A DNA stretch of 64,000 nucleotides from Eledone cirrhosa (Eukaryota): contig OZ024743.1 in NCBI GenBank assembly GCA_964016885.1, positions 343,728,001 through 343,792,000 of the forward strand, written 5' to 3'. The position numbers and the translations under genes were made by a program. Within the stretch, counting starts at the first letter, position 1. Every line of letters starts with the position of its first letter. Under the pieces are notes generated by a model. It was given only the letters and a program-made list of their open reading frames with translations. It did no database searches and was not told the DNA's origin. Positions 12,311 through 29,859 of the stretch are shown piece by piece.

Positions 12311-13527
12311 AAGATGATGCATGACATACCCTGACATAGTAGATGGTTAAGATCCAGTCATGGTAGTGAGTAAGATATGATAAAACTCAATATTTATATA
12401 CCTTAAGATTGAGACATGAGAACACTGATATATAATACATATAATACAGAGGGTGCGTGTAAGAAAGCTTAAAAATACATAACAGCAATTTACATAACTG
12501 TTAGAGATTCAAATAATTATTGACGAAAGAGGAAAGAAAAAAAGAAAGACAGAGAGAAAACAGATGAGGGGAAAATATAGCTAGTAGAGGTATAGAGAGC
12601 AAAAGAGAATTGATCAAGGAAAGAGAGACAAAGAGGAATAAATTATAGGAATTATATATATCTATACATAACTATACATTTGGGCATAGCTACGCGATAG
12701 AGTAAACTCGAATATTTGAATTATTGAATTATCTAGAAGTATTCATCAATCTAAATCCTAAATATAACTGGGTGTAATTAATAAAGGTTAATTTCCTTAG
12801 TTAATTAGTTATATATACTATCCAAAAGTATCCGGTTGACCGTTAACTTTCAAATCATTTAAGTTAGTTCAGAGTAATGAATTAATCAACGTGTATAATA
12901 TTTCAGGCTATAAAAGTTTATAAATATCTGTATTAATATTAAAGTATACTATCATATTTAATTTATAAAATCAGATTTTATGAATTCCTATTTAAACTAT
13001 TTGCAAAACATGAGAAAGAAGACATAATAATTTCATCCTCACGAAGGTAATTCTTATTAATTTTATTATAATATATTTAATTATTTATATTATATTGAAG
13101 ATAATTCGCATTATATAATTTATAAAATAATGACAGTTATAATTTTAAAAATTAAGATTAACAATTAGAGTGCCTTAAAGCATTAAAAGGCCTTATAATT
13201 AAACTTAAAAAAGTTTATTATTAAATTAGTTAAATGCATTTGTCTAAATATAAACAAAGATTACATTGTCTAAAGATTAAGTTGATAGCTATCAGTTATA
13301 TATGACATAATATAATACAATAAATAAGTTACTGATAATATTGTTAAAAATTAAGGTTTTAGATAAATTATTATAATAAGGTCATGTAACACATATATAC
13401 TATAAATATACAAGTCAAACTTCGTGAATCATACGGATAAAAATCTGATTCAAAGTAAAAAAGTGAATTGTCTGCGATCTTATAAATTTATATAGTAGTA
13501 TAATGTGTCTGCAAACATATATGTATA

Positions 13528-13594
<67 letters not shown>

Positions 13595-13596
<2 letters not shown>

Positions 13597-13960
13597 TCTT
13601 TTACCTGTTTCAGCCATAATTGTTTCTACTTTAGGCACAAAGCCAGCAATTACCCAGTGCATTACTGGTACTTTATTCTATCGACCCCGTAAGGATGACA
13701 GGCAAAGTCAACCTCGGCGGGATTTGAACTCAGATCGTAAAGGGACGTAACTATGCTGGAAAGCATGGCGTCCGACCCTCTACCGATACTGTCAATCCAC
13801 AGTATCGGTAGAGGGTCGGACGCCATGCTTTCCAGCATAGTTACGTCCCTTTACGATCTGAGTTCAAATCCCGCCGAGGTTGACTTTGCCTTTCATCCTT
13901 ACGGGGTCGATAGAATAAAGTACGAGTAATGCACTGGGTAATTACTGGCATTGCTGGCCT
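13595..13960. mobile_element. Head-to-head inverted pair of Deu/Nin-domain tRNA SINEs
   Basis: gagttcaaatccc B box and gactttgcctttcatccttacggggtcgata core on both strands about a centre near 13795. Confidence 0.8.
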
Positions 13961-14084
13961 ATTATTATTATTACTATATATATATAGTAATAATAATAAT
14001 AAATTTGAAGACTAAAATCCAAAGAGGGCTCGATAAGGATAAATATATATCAAATATATATGAACCGTAGAGCAAATATTTATT

Positions 14085-14131
<47 letters not shown>

Positions 14132-14433
14132 GTAATAAAATGAAAACGAAATTTCATTTCTCACTCTTAGTACGGCACTGACTTAATTTTAACAAAGTGT
14201 AACACAAACACGGCTGTTCTAATATAAATTGCTCGATTCTTTCATTAAAATTCTTTGCACGAAACGTTTAAACCATGAAATTTCTGAAAGTTGATCCTTA
14301 TATTTATTTTGTATCTTAAACCAAGAAATTATGGGCAAACTTGCTTATAAGGGCTCAGTTCTTTTCCACTGGAATATGTCAAGATATATTTGATATATTT
14401 ATGCTGTATTTATTTAACACCATTATTTTCTAG

Positions 14434-14625
14434 GAGGCGGTGGATTGGCAGTATCGGTAGAGGGTCGGACGCCATGCTTTGACGCATAGAGTTACGGTCC
14501 TTGTCATTCTGAGTTCAAATCCCGCCGAGGTTAACTTTGCCTTTCATCCTTACGGGGTCGATAAAATAAAGTAGCAGTAATGTACTGGATATTTGCTGGC
14601 CTTGTGCCAAAAGTAGAAACAATTA
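14434..14625 (+). mobile_element. Full-length Deu/Nin-domain tRNA SINE with 16-bp TSD
   Basis: attattttctaggagg at 14422-14437 and 14622-14637; A and B boxes present. Confidence 0.88.
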
Positions 14626-14886
14626 TTTTCTAGGAGGTTATACAAAGAACGTTTAAAAGAAAAAGAAAAAAACCCTAATAATCCGTGCAGTTTTCTTCCC
14701 ATTTACTTATTTTCAATTTACTTATTGATCAAGAAACTTTATTTCCATTCCTTTATTACAACTCATCGTTTTCGGTGCGCCTGACCGATTTAACTCACTC
14801 AATATGCAAATTAGGCTGCTCAGCCGTTAATTTTCATAAGGAAAGTATATACTTTCGAACGTTCAACTATCTGGCAGATGGGTATA

Positions 14887-14927
14887 CGGTGCTGATGATA
14901 GCTAACAAGCTTGAAACTAGTACATCG
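14887..14927 (+). ncRNA. Type I hammerhead ribozyme (family A element, about 14765-15185)
   Basis: cggtg-CTGATGA-tagctaacaagctt-GAAAC-ta-GTA-catcg. Confidence 0.86.
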
Positions 14928-15075
14928 TTCCTGTGTCAGTGTTGAACAAAAAGGTGACGTGGTTGCCTTAACACCGTGCGGCATAAATTCAGGCTGTTCA
15001 GTTTGTTTACAAACGAACAAAGCGGGCGCTATAATAAGCGTCCGCTAAACTGATGCGTACATATATGTATGTGTA

Positions 15076-15135
<60 letters not shown>

Positions 15136-15183
15136 TGCTACTGTACGTCTGTATACATATATGTATGTACGTATACATACATA

Positions 15184-15228
<45 letters not shown>

Positions 15229-15359
15229 ATGTGTATATATGTGTATATGTGTGTATGTATATGTATATATGTATATATATGTGTATGTACTTGTATATGT
15301 ATATGCATGTGTATGTATATATGTGTGTATATATATGTGTATATATGTGTATATATGTG

Positions 15360-15393
<34 letters not shown>

Positions 15394-15411
15394 TGTATGT
15401 CTATATATATC

Positions 15412-15443
<32 letters not shown>

Positions 15444-15492
15444 AATGAAAGGTATAGAAAACACTGCAGCCAAAAGCCAACAGCACTCCATA

Positions 15493-15540
<48 letters not shown>

Positions 15541-15541
<1 letters not shown>

Positions 15542-16200
15542 CGGCGATGAATTAGTTTAGCGAGGTTTTTTATATGAAATCGTGTGTCGAAACAAATATT
15601 GTTATACTTGGGGAGGGTCATATTTGTGTAATATTGCCAGAATTAATAACAGAACACACTCACTGTTTGGTTGGTTTTCGCTTCTCGCTGTCTTTTACAT
15701 CTGTAATCTAGCTTACTCGGTCCTCAATGTTGCCATTGACTGACCGACGGTCAAAAATAATACAGATACAATATAGACACAAACATATATATAGTTTACA
15801 TAATTTACATAAATCTTTCGTTGCACATCTGCAACATCGTCAGTGGTGTTATATTTTCCTCCTGTTGTGTTGTATGTCTACGCCATTTTTTTTTTTTATA
15901 TATAGACAGACTGAATAAAAAATGGCGTAGACATACAACACAACAGGAGGAAAATATAACACCACTGACGACGTTGCAGATGTGCAACGAAAGATTTATG
16001 TAAATTATGTAAACTATATATATGTGTTTGTGTCTATATTGTATCTGTATTATTTTTGACCGTCGGTCAGTCAATGGCAACATTGAGGACCGAGTAAGCT
16101 AGATTACAGATGTAAAAGACAGCGAAAAGCGAAAACCAACCAAACAGTGAGTGTGTTCTGTTATTAATTCTGGCAATATTACACAAATATGACCCTCTCC
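15541..16200. mobile_element. Family D-related element as an inverted pair, with hammerhead-like cores at about 15805-15848 (-) and 15959-16001 (+)
   Basis: Arms about 15611-15890 and 15917-16198; CTGACGA-c gttgca gatg tgcaac-GAAA-gatt-TA; stem I weak. Confidence 0.72.
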
Positions 16201-16235
<35 letters not shown>

Positions 16236-16322
16236 GTATATATATATGTATATGTGTATATATGTGTATATGTGTATGTATATGTATGTGTATGTGTGTG
16301 TGTGTGTATGTATGTATATGTA

Positions 16323-16365
<43 letters not shown>

Positions 16366-16467
16366 ATATATGTGTATATATATATATATATATGAATATG
16401 TGTATGTTTGTGTATGTGTGTGTATGTATGTGTGTATATGTATATATATATATAATATATGTATATA

Positions 16468-16530
<63 letters not shown>

Positions 16531-16823
16531 GTATGTATATGTATATTCATTTCTCACTCTTAGTACGGCACTTACTTAAATGTACACACATACTTATATA
16601 TATATGTATATGTATATATATGTATATGCATGTATAAGATATATATATGTGTATATGTATGTGTATATATATATATGTGTATATATGTATGTATGTGTAT
16701 ATATATATATATGTATATGTGTGTATATGTATGTGTATGTATGTATGAGTATGTATATGTGTATATATGTATATATATATGTGTATATATGTATATGTAT
16801 ATGTATGTGTATATATATATGTG

Positions 16824-16898
<75 letters not shown>

Positions 16899-16939
16899 AT
16901 ATATATGTGTATGTATGTATGTATGTGTGCGTGTATGTA

Positions 16940-16986
<47 letters not shown>

Positions 16987-16999
16987 ATATGTATTGTAT

Positions 17000-17033
<34 letters not shown>

Positions 17034-17072
17034 GTATATATATGTATGTATGTATATATGTATATATATGTG

Positions 17073-17107
<35 letters not shown>

Positions 17108-17194
17108 GTATGTATGTGTATATATGTATATGTATGTATATATATATGTATATATATGTGTATATATATGTATATATATATATATGTATAGATG

Positions 17195-17246
<52 letters not shown>

Positions 17247-17294
17247 AATAAAGTTAAATAAAAGTCAAATGATTAAAATTTAGCTTCGTTTATT

Positions 17295-17351
17295 ACTGCT
17301 ATATATATTTTTCAGTGACAGCCATCTTTGGCTGTGACCTCTTCAGGCAGT
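17295..17351 (-). ncRNA. Type I hammerhead ribozyme related to the PLE2 3' motif
   Basis: actgc-CTGAAGA-ggtc acagcca aaga tggctgt cact-GAAAAA-tatata-TA-gcagt-aataaa (two extra A after GAAA). Confidence 0.68.
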
Positions 17352-17470
17352 TTGAATTAGTATGGTATAGACAAGTACATATGTTGTTTAGGTGTATAAT
17401 ATTGTCAATAATCTGATATGCCCAGTTCCTTGTTGGGTTGTTATTTCACTGAGGAACTGGAGTCATATCT

Positions 17471-21275
<3,805 letters not shown>

Positions 21276-21394
21276 TTTTAATTAAGCATACAGTGTATTG
21301 CAAAATACACTATATATACATTCATATATATATATATGTATATATAAATATATATATGTGTGTGTGTATATATATATGTATATGTGTGTGTATG

Positions 21395-21615
<221 letters not shown>

Positions 21616-21644
21616 GTGTGTATGTATATATATATATATATATT

Positions 21645-21831
21645 CTTATACTTGGGGAGGGTCATATTTGTGTAATAGTATCGCCAGAATTAATAACAGA
21701 ACACACAAGCGAAAACCAACCAAAGAGTGTGTTCTGTTATTAATTCTGGCGATACTATTACACAAATATGACCCTCCCCAAGTATAACAATATTTGTTTC
21801 GACACACTATTTCATATCAAAAACCTCGCAA

Positions 21832-21835
<4 letters not shown>
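21645..21835. repeat. Fold-back fragment of the 3' end of the family D-related element
   Basis: ttatacttggggagggtcatatttgtgtaa.. with its reverse complement; matches 15541-15680. Confidence 0.8.
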
Positions 21836-21899
<64 letters not shown>

Positions 21900-21904
<5 letters not shown>

Positions 21905-22487
21905 AATGTGTCTGTTGACACCTGGAATATAGCTTAAGAGAAATATGACAATAATGATATGATAGGCACCCAATATTTTGAACTGGTTTATAGAATTATC
22001 TTGGCCTTTGTCACTCTAAGTAGAGCTTTAAAGAATTAGCTTTTAAAGAATTTCCCTTTTCTTTAAATCCATCAACCATGACCGACCCCCAACCATCTTA
22101 TAGGCACCTGAAATATAGGCATTGTTAGCTTAAGAGAAACTTAAAAATAAGGAGTGGCACACCATTCTGAACTTGTTTATAGAATTCTTTCTGCCTTTGT
22201 CACTCTAAATATAAATTATAGCTTTAAAGAATTAGCTTTTAATGAATTCCCTTTTCTTTCAACCAATGACCTCCACCCATCCCACTCCCCACCCTCTCCT
22301 ACCACCTGAAAAGATATAAATACCACAACATTTATTTTTGGAAAGCCAGATTCCTGATGATTTCTAAAGAATGAAACAGTTCTAGTCCTGTAGAATCTTA
22401 TCTATATTAAAACTTTTATACTCTGCTATGTATTGAGTACCTTACTTACTGTGTTTACCTCCGATTCAACCCGGAATAACTTACCTA
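21900..22487 (+). mobile_element. Non-coding element with an internal duplication of about 180 bp and a 3' hammerhead; second partial copy at about 42120-42532
   Basis: Near-identical sequence at 21900-22310 and 42125-42532. Confidence 0.7.
22348..22398 (+). ncRNA. Type I hammerhead ribozyme
   Basis: agattc-CTGATGA-t ttct aa agaa t-GAAAC-ag ttctagtc ct-GTA-gaatct. Confidence 0.85.
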
Positions 22488-22508
22488 TATATATATATAT
22501 ATATATAC

Positions 22509-23305
<797 letters not shown>

Positions 23306-23497
23306 ATATATATATAATAGGGTATGGATATTCCAACAGGCACTAAGTACCTACAGAAATATGCATGGTGTTTATAATAGTTGTGGTTCGATGGTACTAA
23401 TTTGAGATACCAGAACTATAAAAATGAGCGGAACAAGTAATTATCAAACAATCTTTAAATAAATTAAAAAACGATTTAAATATTCACCTGTTCTATT

Positions 23498-23577
23498 GCC
23501 GTTACCGACGGTTTCACTAATCAAAAGATTGGAAATCCAGAGAATTTCCAATGGAAAGAATTAGATCTTCAGACAGC
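23498..23577 (-). ncRNA. Type I hammerhead ribozyme with extended stem II
   Basis: gctgt-CTGAAGA-t ctaat..ttggaaat..atttccaa..attag t-GAAAC-cgtcg-GTA-acggc. Confidence 0.82.
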
Positions 23578-23703
23578 TATTTCCGAACCATAAGGGTATA
23601 AAGTTTTGTGTGGAGGTCACTTTAACGGCCTGACCCCATGCAACGGGCAGGAAGCGATAAATTCTCTTACTATGAGGCTTTATACCCTTATGGTACGGAA
23701 ATA

Positions 23704-23783
23704 GCTGTCTGAAGATCTAATTCTTTGTATTGGAAATTCTCTGGATTGCCAATATTTTGATTAGTGAAACCGTCAGTAACGGC
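23704..23783 (+). ncRNA. Type I hammerhead ribozyme (inverted partner of 23498-23577, several substitutions)
   Basis: gctgt-CTGAAGA-..-GAAAC-cgtca-GTA-acggc; arms about 23422-23602 and 23680-23860. Confidence 0.78.
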
Positions 23784-23980
23784 AATAGAACAGGTGAATA
23801 TTTAAATCGTTTTTTAATTTATTTAAAAGATTGTTTGATGATTACTTGTTCCGCTCATTTATATATATATATATATATACATAAAGGATGAAAGGCAAAG
23901 TTAACCTCGGCGGGATTTGAACTCAGAATGGAAATCCCGCCGAGGTTAACTTTGCTACTCCTTCATTGCGTTTATTGGTT

Positions 23981-24065
23981 GGTGACGCGCGTTTCGCTAC
24001 TGATCAGCTCAAGGTTCGATCTGTATCGATCTGGCCCGACTCTGGAATAAAAAGGTTGTCGGACC
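23981..24065 (-). ncRNA. Degenerate hammerhead-like motif (same family as 49999-50085)
   Basis: ggt-CCGACAA-..-agc-GAAAC-gcgc-GTC-acc. Confidence 0.45.
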
Positions 24066-24147
24066 TCTGTAGTAGTAATGACATTGTTATAACTTCCAAA
24101 CAGAAGACATGTGTCAACATCTGATTTTATATTATTTATTTAAGATT

Positions 24148-25210
24148 AGGGCGGTGGATTGGCAGAATCGTTAGAGTGTCGGAGAAAATGCTATGCGGCA
24201 TTTATTCCGGCTGTTTATGCCCTGAGTTCAAATCCCACCAAGGTCTACTTTGCCTTTCATCCTTTCGGGGTCGATAAAATAAAGCACCATTAATGCACTG
24301 GGGTCGATTTAATCGAAACCCACCACAAAAAAAAAAAAAAAAAAATGCTGGCCTTGTGTCTAAACGAGAAACCATTATTTAGTTAAGATATGTTATGGCA
24401 TGTGGCTTAGTGGTTAGGGTATTAATGTATACCGCTCATATTTATAAGGTAGCGAGTTCGATTCACGGCGGCGAGTTGAGCAAAACAATTTATTTGCCGT
24501 TGTTCCAGTATACTCAGTTGGACAAAAAAACTTGTACCTGTAATTCAAAGGGCCAGTCCTGTCACACTGAATCTCCCCGAGAACGAAGCTAAGGGTTCAC
24601 GTGTCTGTGGAATGCTCAGGCACTTAATTTAATGAGCAGGTTGGAACATTTGTCACAGTAACAGACGATGGTCCACTGTTATGGTGAAGGAAGAGTCCCC
24701 ATATTGTGCTTTTGGTGTGATGTGAAAGTTTTGTAGCGGAAATTTAATAATTGTTTCTACTTTTGGCACAAGGCCAGCAATATTACTGGTATTTTATTTT
24801 ATCGACCCCGTAAATAATTGTTTCTACTTTAGGCACAAAGCCAGCAATTACTCAGTACATTACTGGTACTTTATTTTATCGACCCCGTAAGGATGAAAGG
24901 CAAAGTTAACCTCGGCGGGATTCGAACTCAGAATGGCAAGGGCCGTAACTCTATGCGTCAAAACATCGCGTCCAACCCTCTACCGATACTGCCAATCCAA
25001 CGGAAATAATGATTTCTTATATAGGCACAAAGCCAACAATTTTTGGGGAGGACAAAGTCGATTAAATCGACCCCAGTGCGTGACTGGTACTTTATTTTAT
25101 CGACCCCCGTAAGGATGAAAAGCAAAGTTAACCTCGGCGGGATTTGAACTCAGATCATAAAGGGGCGTAACTCTATGCTGCAAAGCATGGCGTCCGACCA
25201 TCAATCCAAC
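24148..25210. mobile_element. SINE cluster: Nin-type (+) 24148-24378, second tRNA SINE family (+) 24396-24670, nested or tandem Nin-type (-) 24745-25210
   Basis: Repeated A/B boxes and ctttgcctttcatcc..ggggtcgataaaataaagtacc core. Confidence 0.8.
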
Positions 25211-25360
25211 GTAAATAATAACGTGGCGGCAGTATCTTAAAAATTTACCCTGAATTATTACGTGACGTCTATTATTTCGGCAAATGGAAAATTCGGCATC
25301 TGTCTGGAAGCAAAGGTGCCGAAAAATTGATGTTATACCTGTTCGTATATATATATATAT

Positions 25361-25506
25361 AGAAATGTAAGCTATCGCCGTATTTTGACTAAAGAAATTA
25401 AAGAAATTATTTAGCCTGATAGTGGGGTTAAGAACCCTCGGTTCTTAACCCCACTATCAGGCTAAATAATTTCTTTAGTCAAAATACGGCGATAGCTTAC
25501 ATTTCT
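25361..25506. repeat. Fold-back inverted repeat between microsatellites
   Basis: Centre aagaacc-ctc-ggttctt at about 25438. Confidence 0.85.
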
Positions 25507-25541
25507 AATAATTTCAAACCCACTCGCTGTTTCGAAAATAT

Positions 25542-25658
<117 letters not shown>

Positions 25659-25660
25659 CA

Positions 25661-26675
<1,015 letters not shown>

Positions 26676-26965
26676 TATATATAAATATATATCCTGTGTC
26701 AGTGTTGAACAAAAAGGTGACGTGGTTGCCTAAACACTGTACGGCGTAATTCAGGCTGTTTATTTGTTTACAAACGAACAAACCGAGCATTATAATAAAT
26801 GTTCGGTAAACTGATACGTGCATATATGTATGTGTGCCTGTATGTATATATATACATGCTACTGTACGTCTGTATACATATATGTATGTACGTATACATA
26901 CATACTTACATTTAAGTAAGTGCCGTACTAAGAGTGAGAAATGAAATTTCGTTTCATTCTATTCC

Positions 26966-27327
<362 letters not shown>

Positions 27328-27350
27328 GAGGAGTTACCAGTTTAGACTAA

Positions 27351-27531
27351 TAGACCTGTCAACTCTCCCCGTCAGACAGGGAGATCTCCCACCTACTGGG
27401 AAAAATGAGGCAAAATGGTGAGATTTTACATAATGAAAGCTATATCCATTTTGACAAGAGACGAGATCTCTCACCCACCCCCAAAGTGGGTGGGAGATCT
27501 CCACCTCGGACGGGGAGAGTTGACAGGTCTG
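27351..27531. mobile_element. 181-bp MITE, possibly hAT-type
   Basis: TIRs tagacctgtcaactctccccgtc / gacggggagagttgacaggtctg; no clear TSD. Confidence 0.75.
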
Positions 27532-27942
27532 CAGTCAGGAAAGGTAGTCAGCGAAACGTCAAACACTGCATTCTATAAATGGTTAGTGAAAGACAATGTT
27601 CTGGCGGATAATTGGGAGTCGATGAGGAGCAACTAAGCAGTTTATTCCCATACCATTTGGGGGACAAATATAGTGGAAGTGTTAGTGGTGATATTGCTGA
27701 TAGCGATGGCGTCCGTGGTAGTTGTAGTAGTGAGGGTGTTGGTGGTAGTAGTTGTCGGTTGTGGTGGAGATGGTCATGATAAAGTTGGTAGTGCTAGTGG
27801 CTGTGGTATAAGTGTTTTTATTGTGCAGTCCCAGTCTATCGAACAATGTGGGGTTTAGTCAAAGTGCAACATCCACTGTTTCCCTACACTTATTTTGAAT
27901 GCTATACATCCCAGAATAATGTTTGGGGGCCATTTACTTTAA

Positions 27943-28448
27943 CCCTTTAGCATTTAAACCGGCCATATCCAGCCAGAATTCTCTCACGTTTTTCTGTTCA
28001 AACCGGTCATAACTGGCCACTCGTACTGACATTATATAAATAATTATATAAATTATGACATTATATAAATAATATCAAAATTTCATAGATTCGATATTAT
28101 GTGACATAATTATGTGAGATAAAGTGTTTACCGTGACAATACAATAGTATTTATCTAAGTCTAAAGTCTGTCTTAAGGCAGAAGGCTCATTTAGCCGGTG
28201 CCTATCCCGGTTTCATGGCGTGCAGCGACTGAGAGTACAAGACTCCCCCCTGGACAAGGCGCCTGTCTATCGCAAGGTTAAACCTCCAGATATTTCTGGT
28301 ACTCATTTTCAGCTGAGTATACTGGAGCAACGTGAAATGAAGTGTTTTGCTCAAGAACACAACACGCAACCCAGGAATCGAACCCACGTCATTATGATCG
28401 TAAGTCCAACACCAATAGTATATATAGAGTAACGTAAATGCTAAAGGG
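27943..28448. mobile_element. piggyBac-type MITE interrupted by a minus-strand tRNA SINE (about 28185-28415)
   Basis: TTAA-CCCTTTAGCATTT ... AAATGCTAAAGGG-TTAc. Confidence 0.75.
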
Positions 28449-28887
28449 TTACATATATCTAAGATTACACGGTCCATTGTATATATTCTCTTAAAGACGT
28501 AGGGTGAGATTTTAAAGAAATTTGGCTGCTAAATAGTAGCAAATCAAAGAAGGGTGGTGGTTGGACAGAATTGGTAGAGCATCGGATAAAATACAATCGG
28601 GGTTTGTGTTCTGGTTCTTTATATTCTGAGTTCAGATACCATAATGGTTAATTTTGCTTTTCATCCATCTGGGGGGCCTATAAAATAAAGTACCAGTAAT
28701 GCGCTGAGGTCAATTTAATGACTTTTCCCTTACTCCAGATTTGTTGGTCTTGTGCCTAAATTAGAAATCAATTGTAGCAAGTCAAGGGCCACATAGAGGC
28801 TTTATCGTTGTCTCCTTTTAATGGTGATAGTGGTCAAATTACTTTTGGTGTTATTGCTTAGCCCCAGCTCGGCTTTGATTGAGTATA

Positions 28888-29750
28888 TGTAGCGAAATCT
28901 GTCCATACCTTGACTCCTGGGTGACACTTAACGGTCAAATTCTGGGTTACCTCCCTTTTGGCGTAAACAAGTCTATGCGTAGGCGATCCCTCGAGGCAGG
29001 GGACAGGGAGCGACAGATATAAATAGCCTGTCTTAGACCAGGCAAAGGGAGTTCGGAGCAGTTCATGAGAGAATAACGATGTAAAACATTCGCTTTCTAC
29101 AGACCCCTTGGTGTCTACAGACTTCTATAGACTCTCACTCTCTCTCTCTCCTGGTCTTACGGACTCTCACCTTCTCTGGCCACAGACTATTTCACCATTA
29201 CAGCAAAGACATCGTCAACCTTTATAACATGTAGTAACCTATTCTTTGTTCATTTATTAACTGAAGTAGGGCGGTGAATTGGCAGTATCGGTAAAGGGTC
29301 AGACATGCTTTCCAGCACAGTTACGTCCCTTTACGATCTGAGTTCAAATCCCGCTAAGGTTGACTTTGCCTTTCATCCTTACGGGGTAGATAAAATAAAG
29401 TACCAGTAATGTACTGAGTAATTGCTGGCCTTGTGCCAGAAGTAGAAACAATTTATTAACTGAAGTGAAGTAAATTTTGTATCAAAACGAAACCATCTAT
29501 TTTGTTATTTCACCTCTATTAACTAACCATTAATATTAACTTGGATTGGCAGTATCGGTAGAGGGTCGGACGCCATGCTTTCCAGCATAGTTACGTCCCT
29601 TTACGATCTGAGTTCAAATCCCGCCGAGGTTGACTTTGCCTTTCATCCATACGGGGTCGATAAAATAAAGTACCAGTAATGCACTGGTAATTGCTGGCCT
29701 TGTGCCTAAAGTAGAAACAATTAATATTAACTAACCATTGCTTCGCAACA
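28888..29750 (+). mobile_element. Solo LTR, probably Ty3/Gypsy, containing two Nin-type SINE insertions
   Basis: TGTAGCGAA...TTCGCAACA termini, tata on both flanks, TATA-like gatataaatag at about 29017; SINE TSDs atttattaactgaagt (29252/29451) and attaatattaact (29529/29720). Confidence 0.75.
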
Positions 29751-29859
29751 TATATATATATATATATATATGGTCAAATGCATTTCAGCTATGATCATCT
29801 CTTTTTTCAGATATCGTATGTCTACCAGTACATTATTCAATGTAGTTGTATATAAACTT

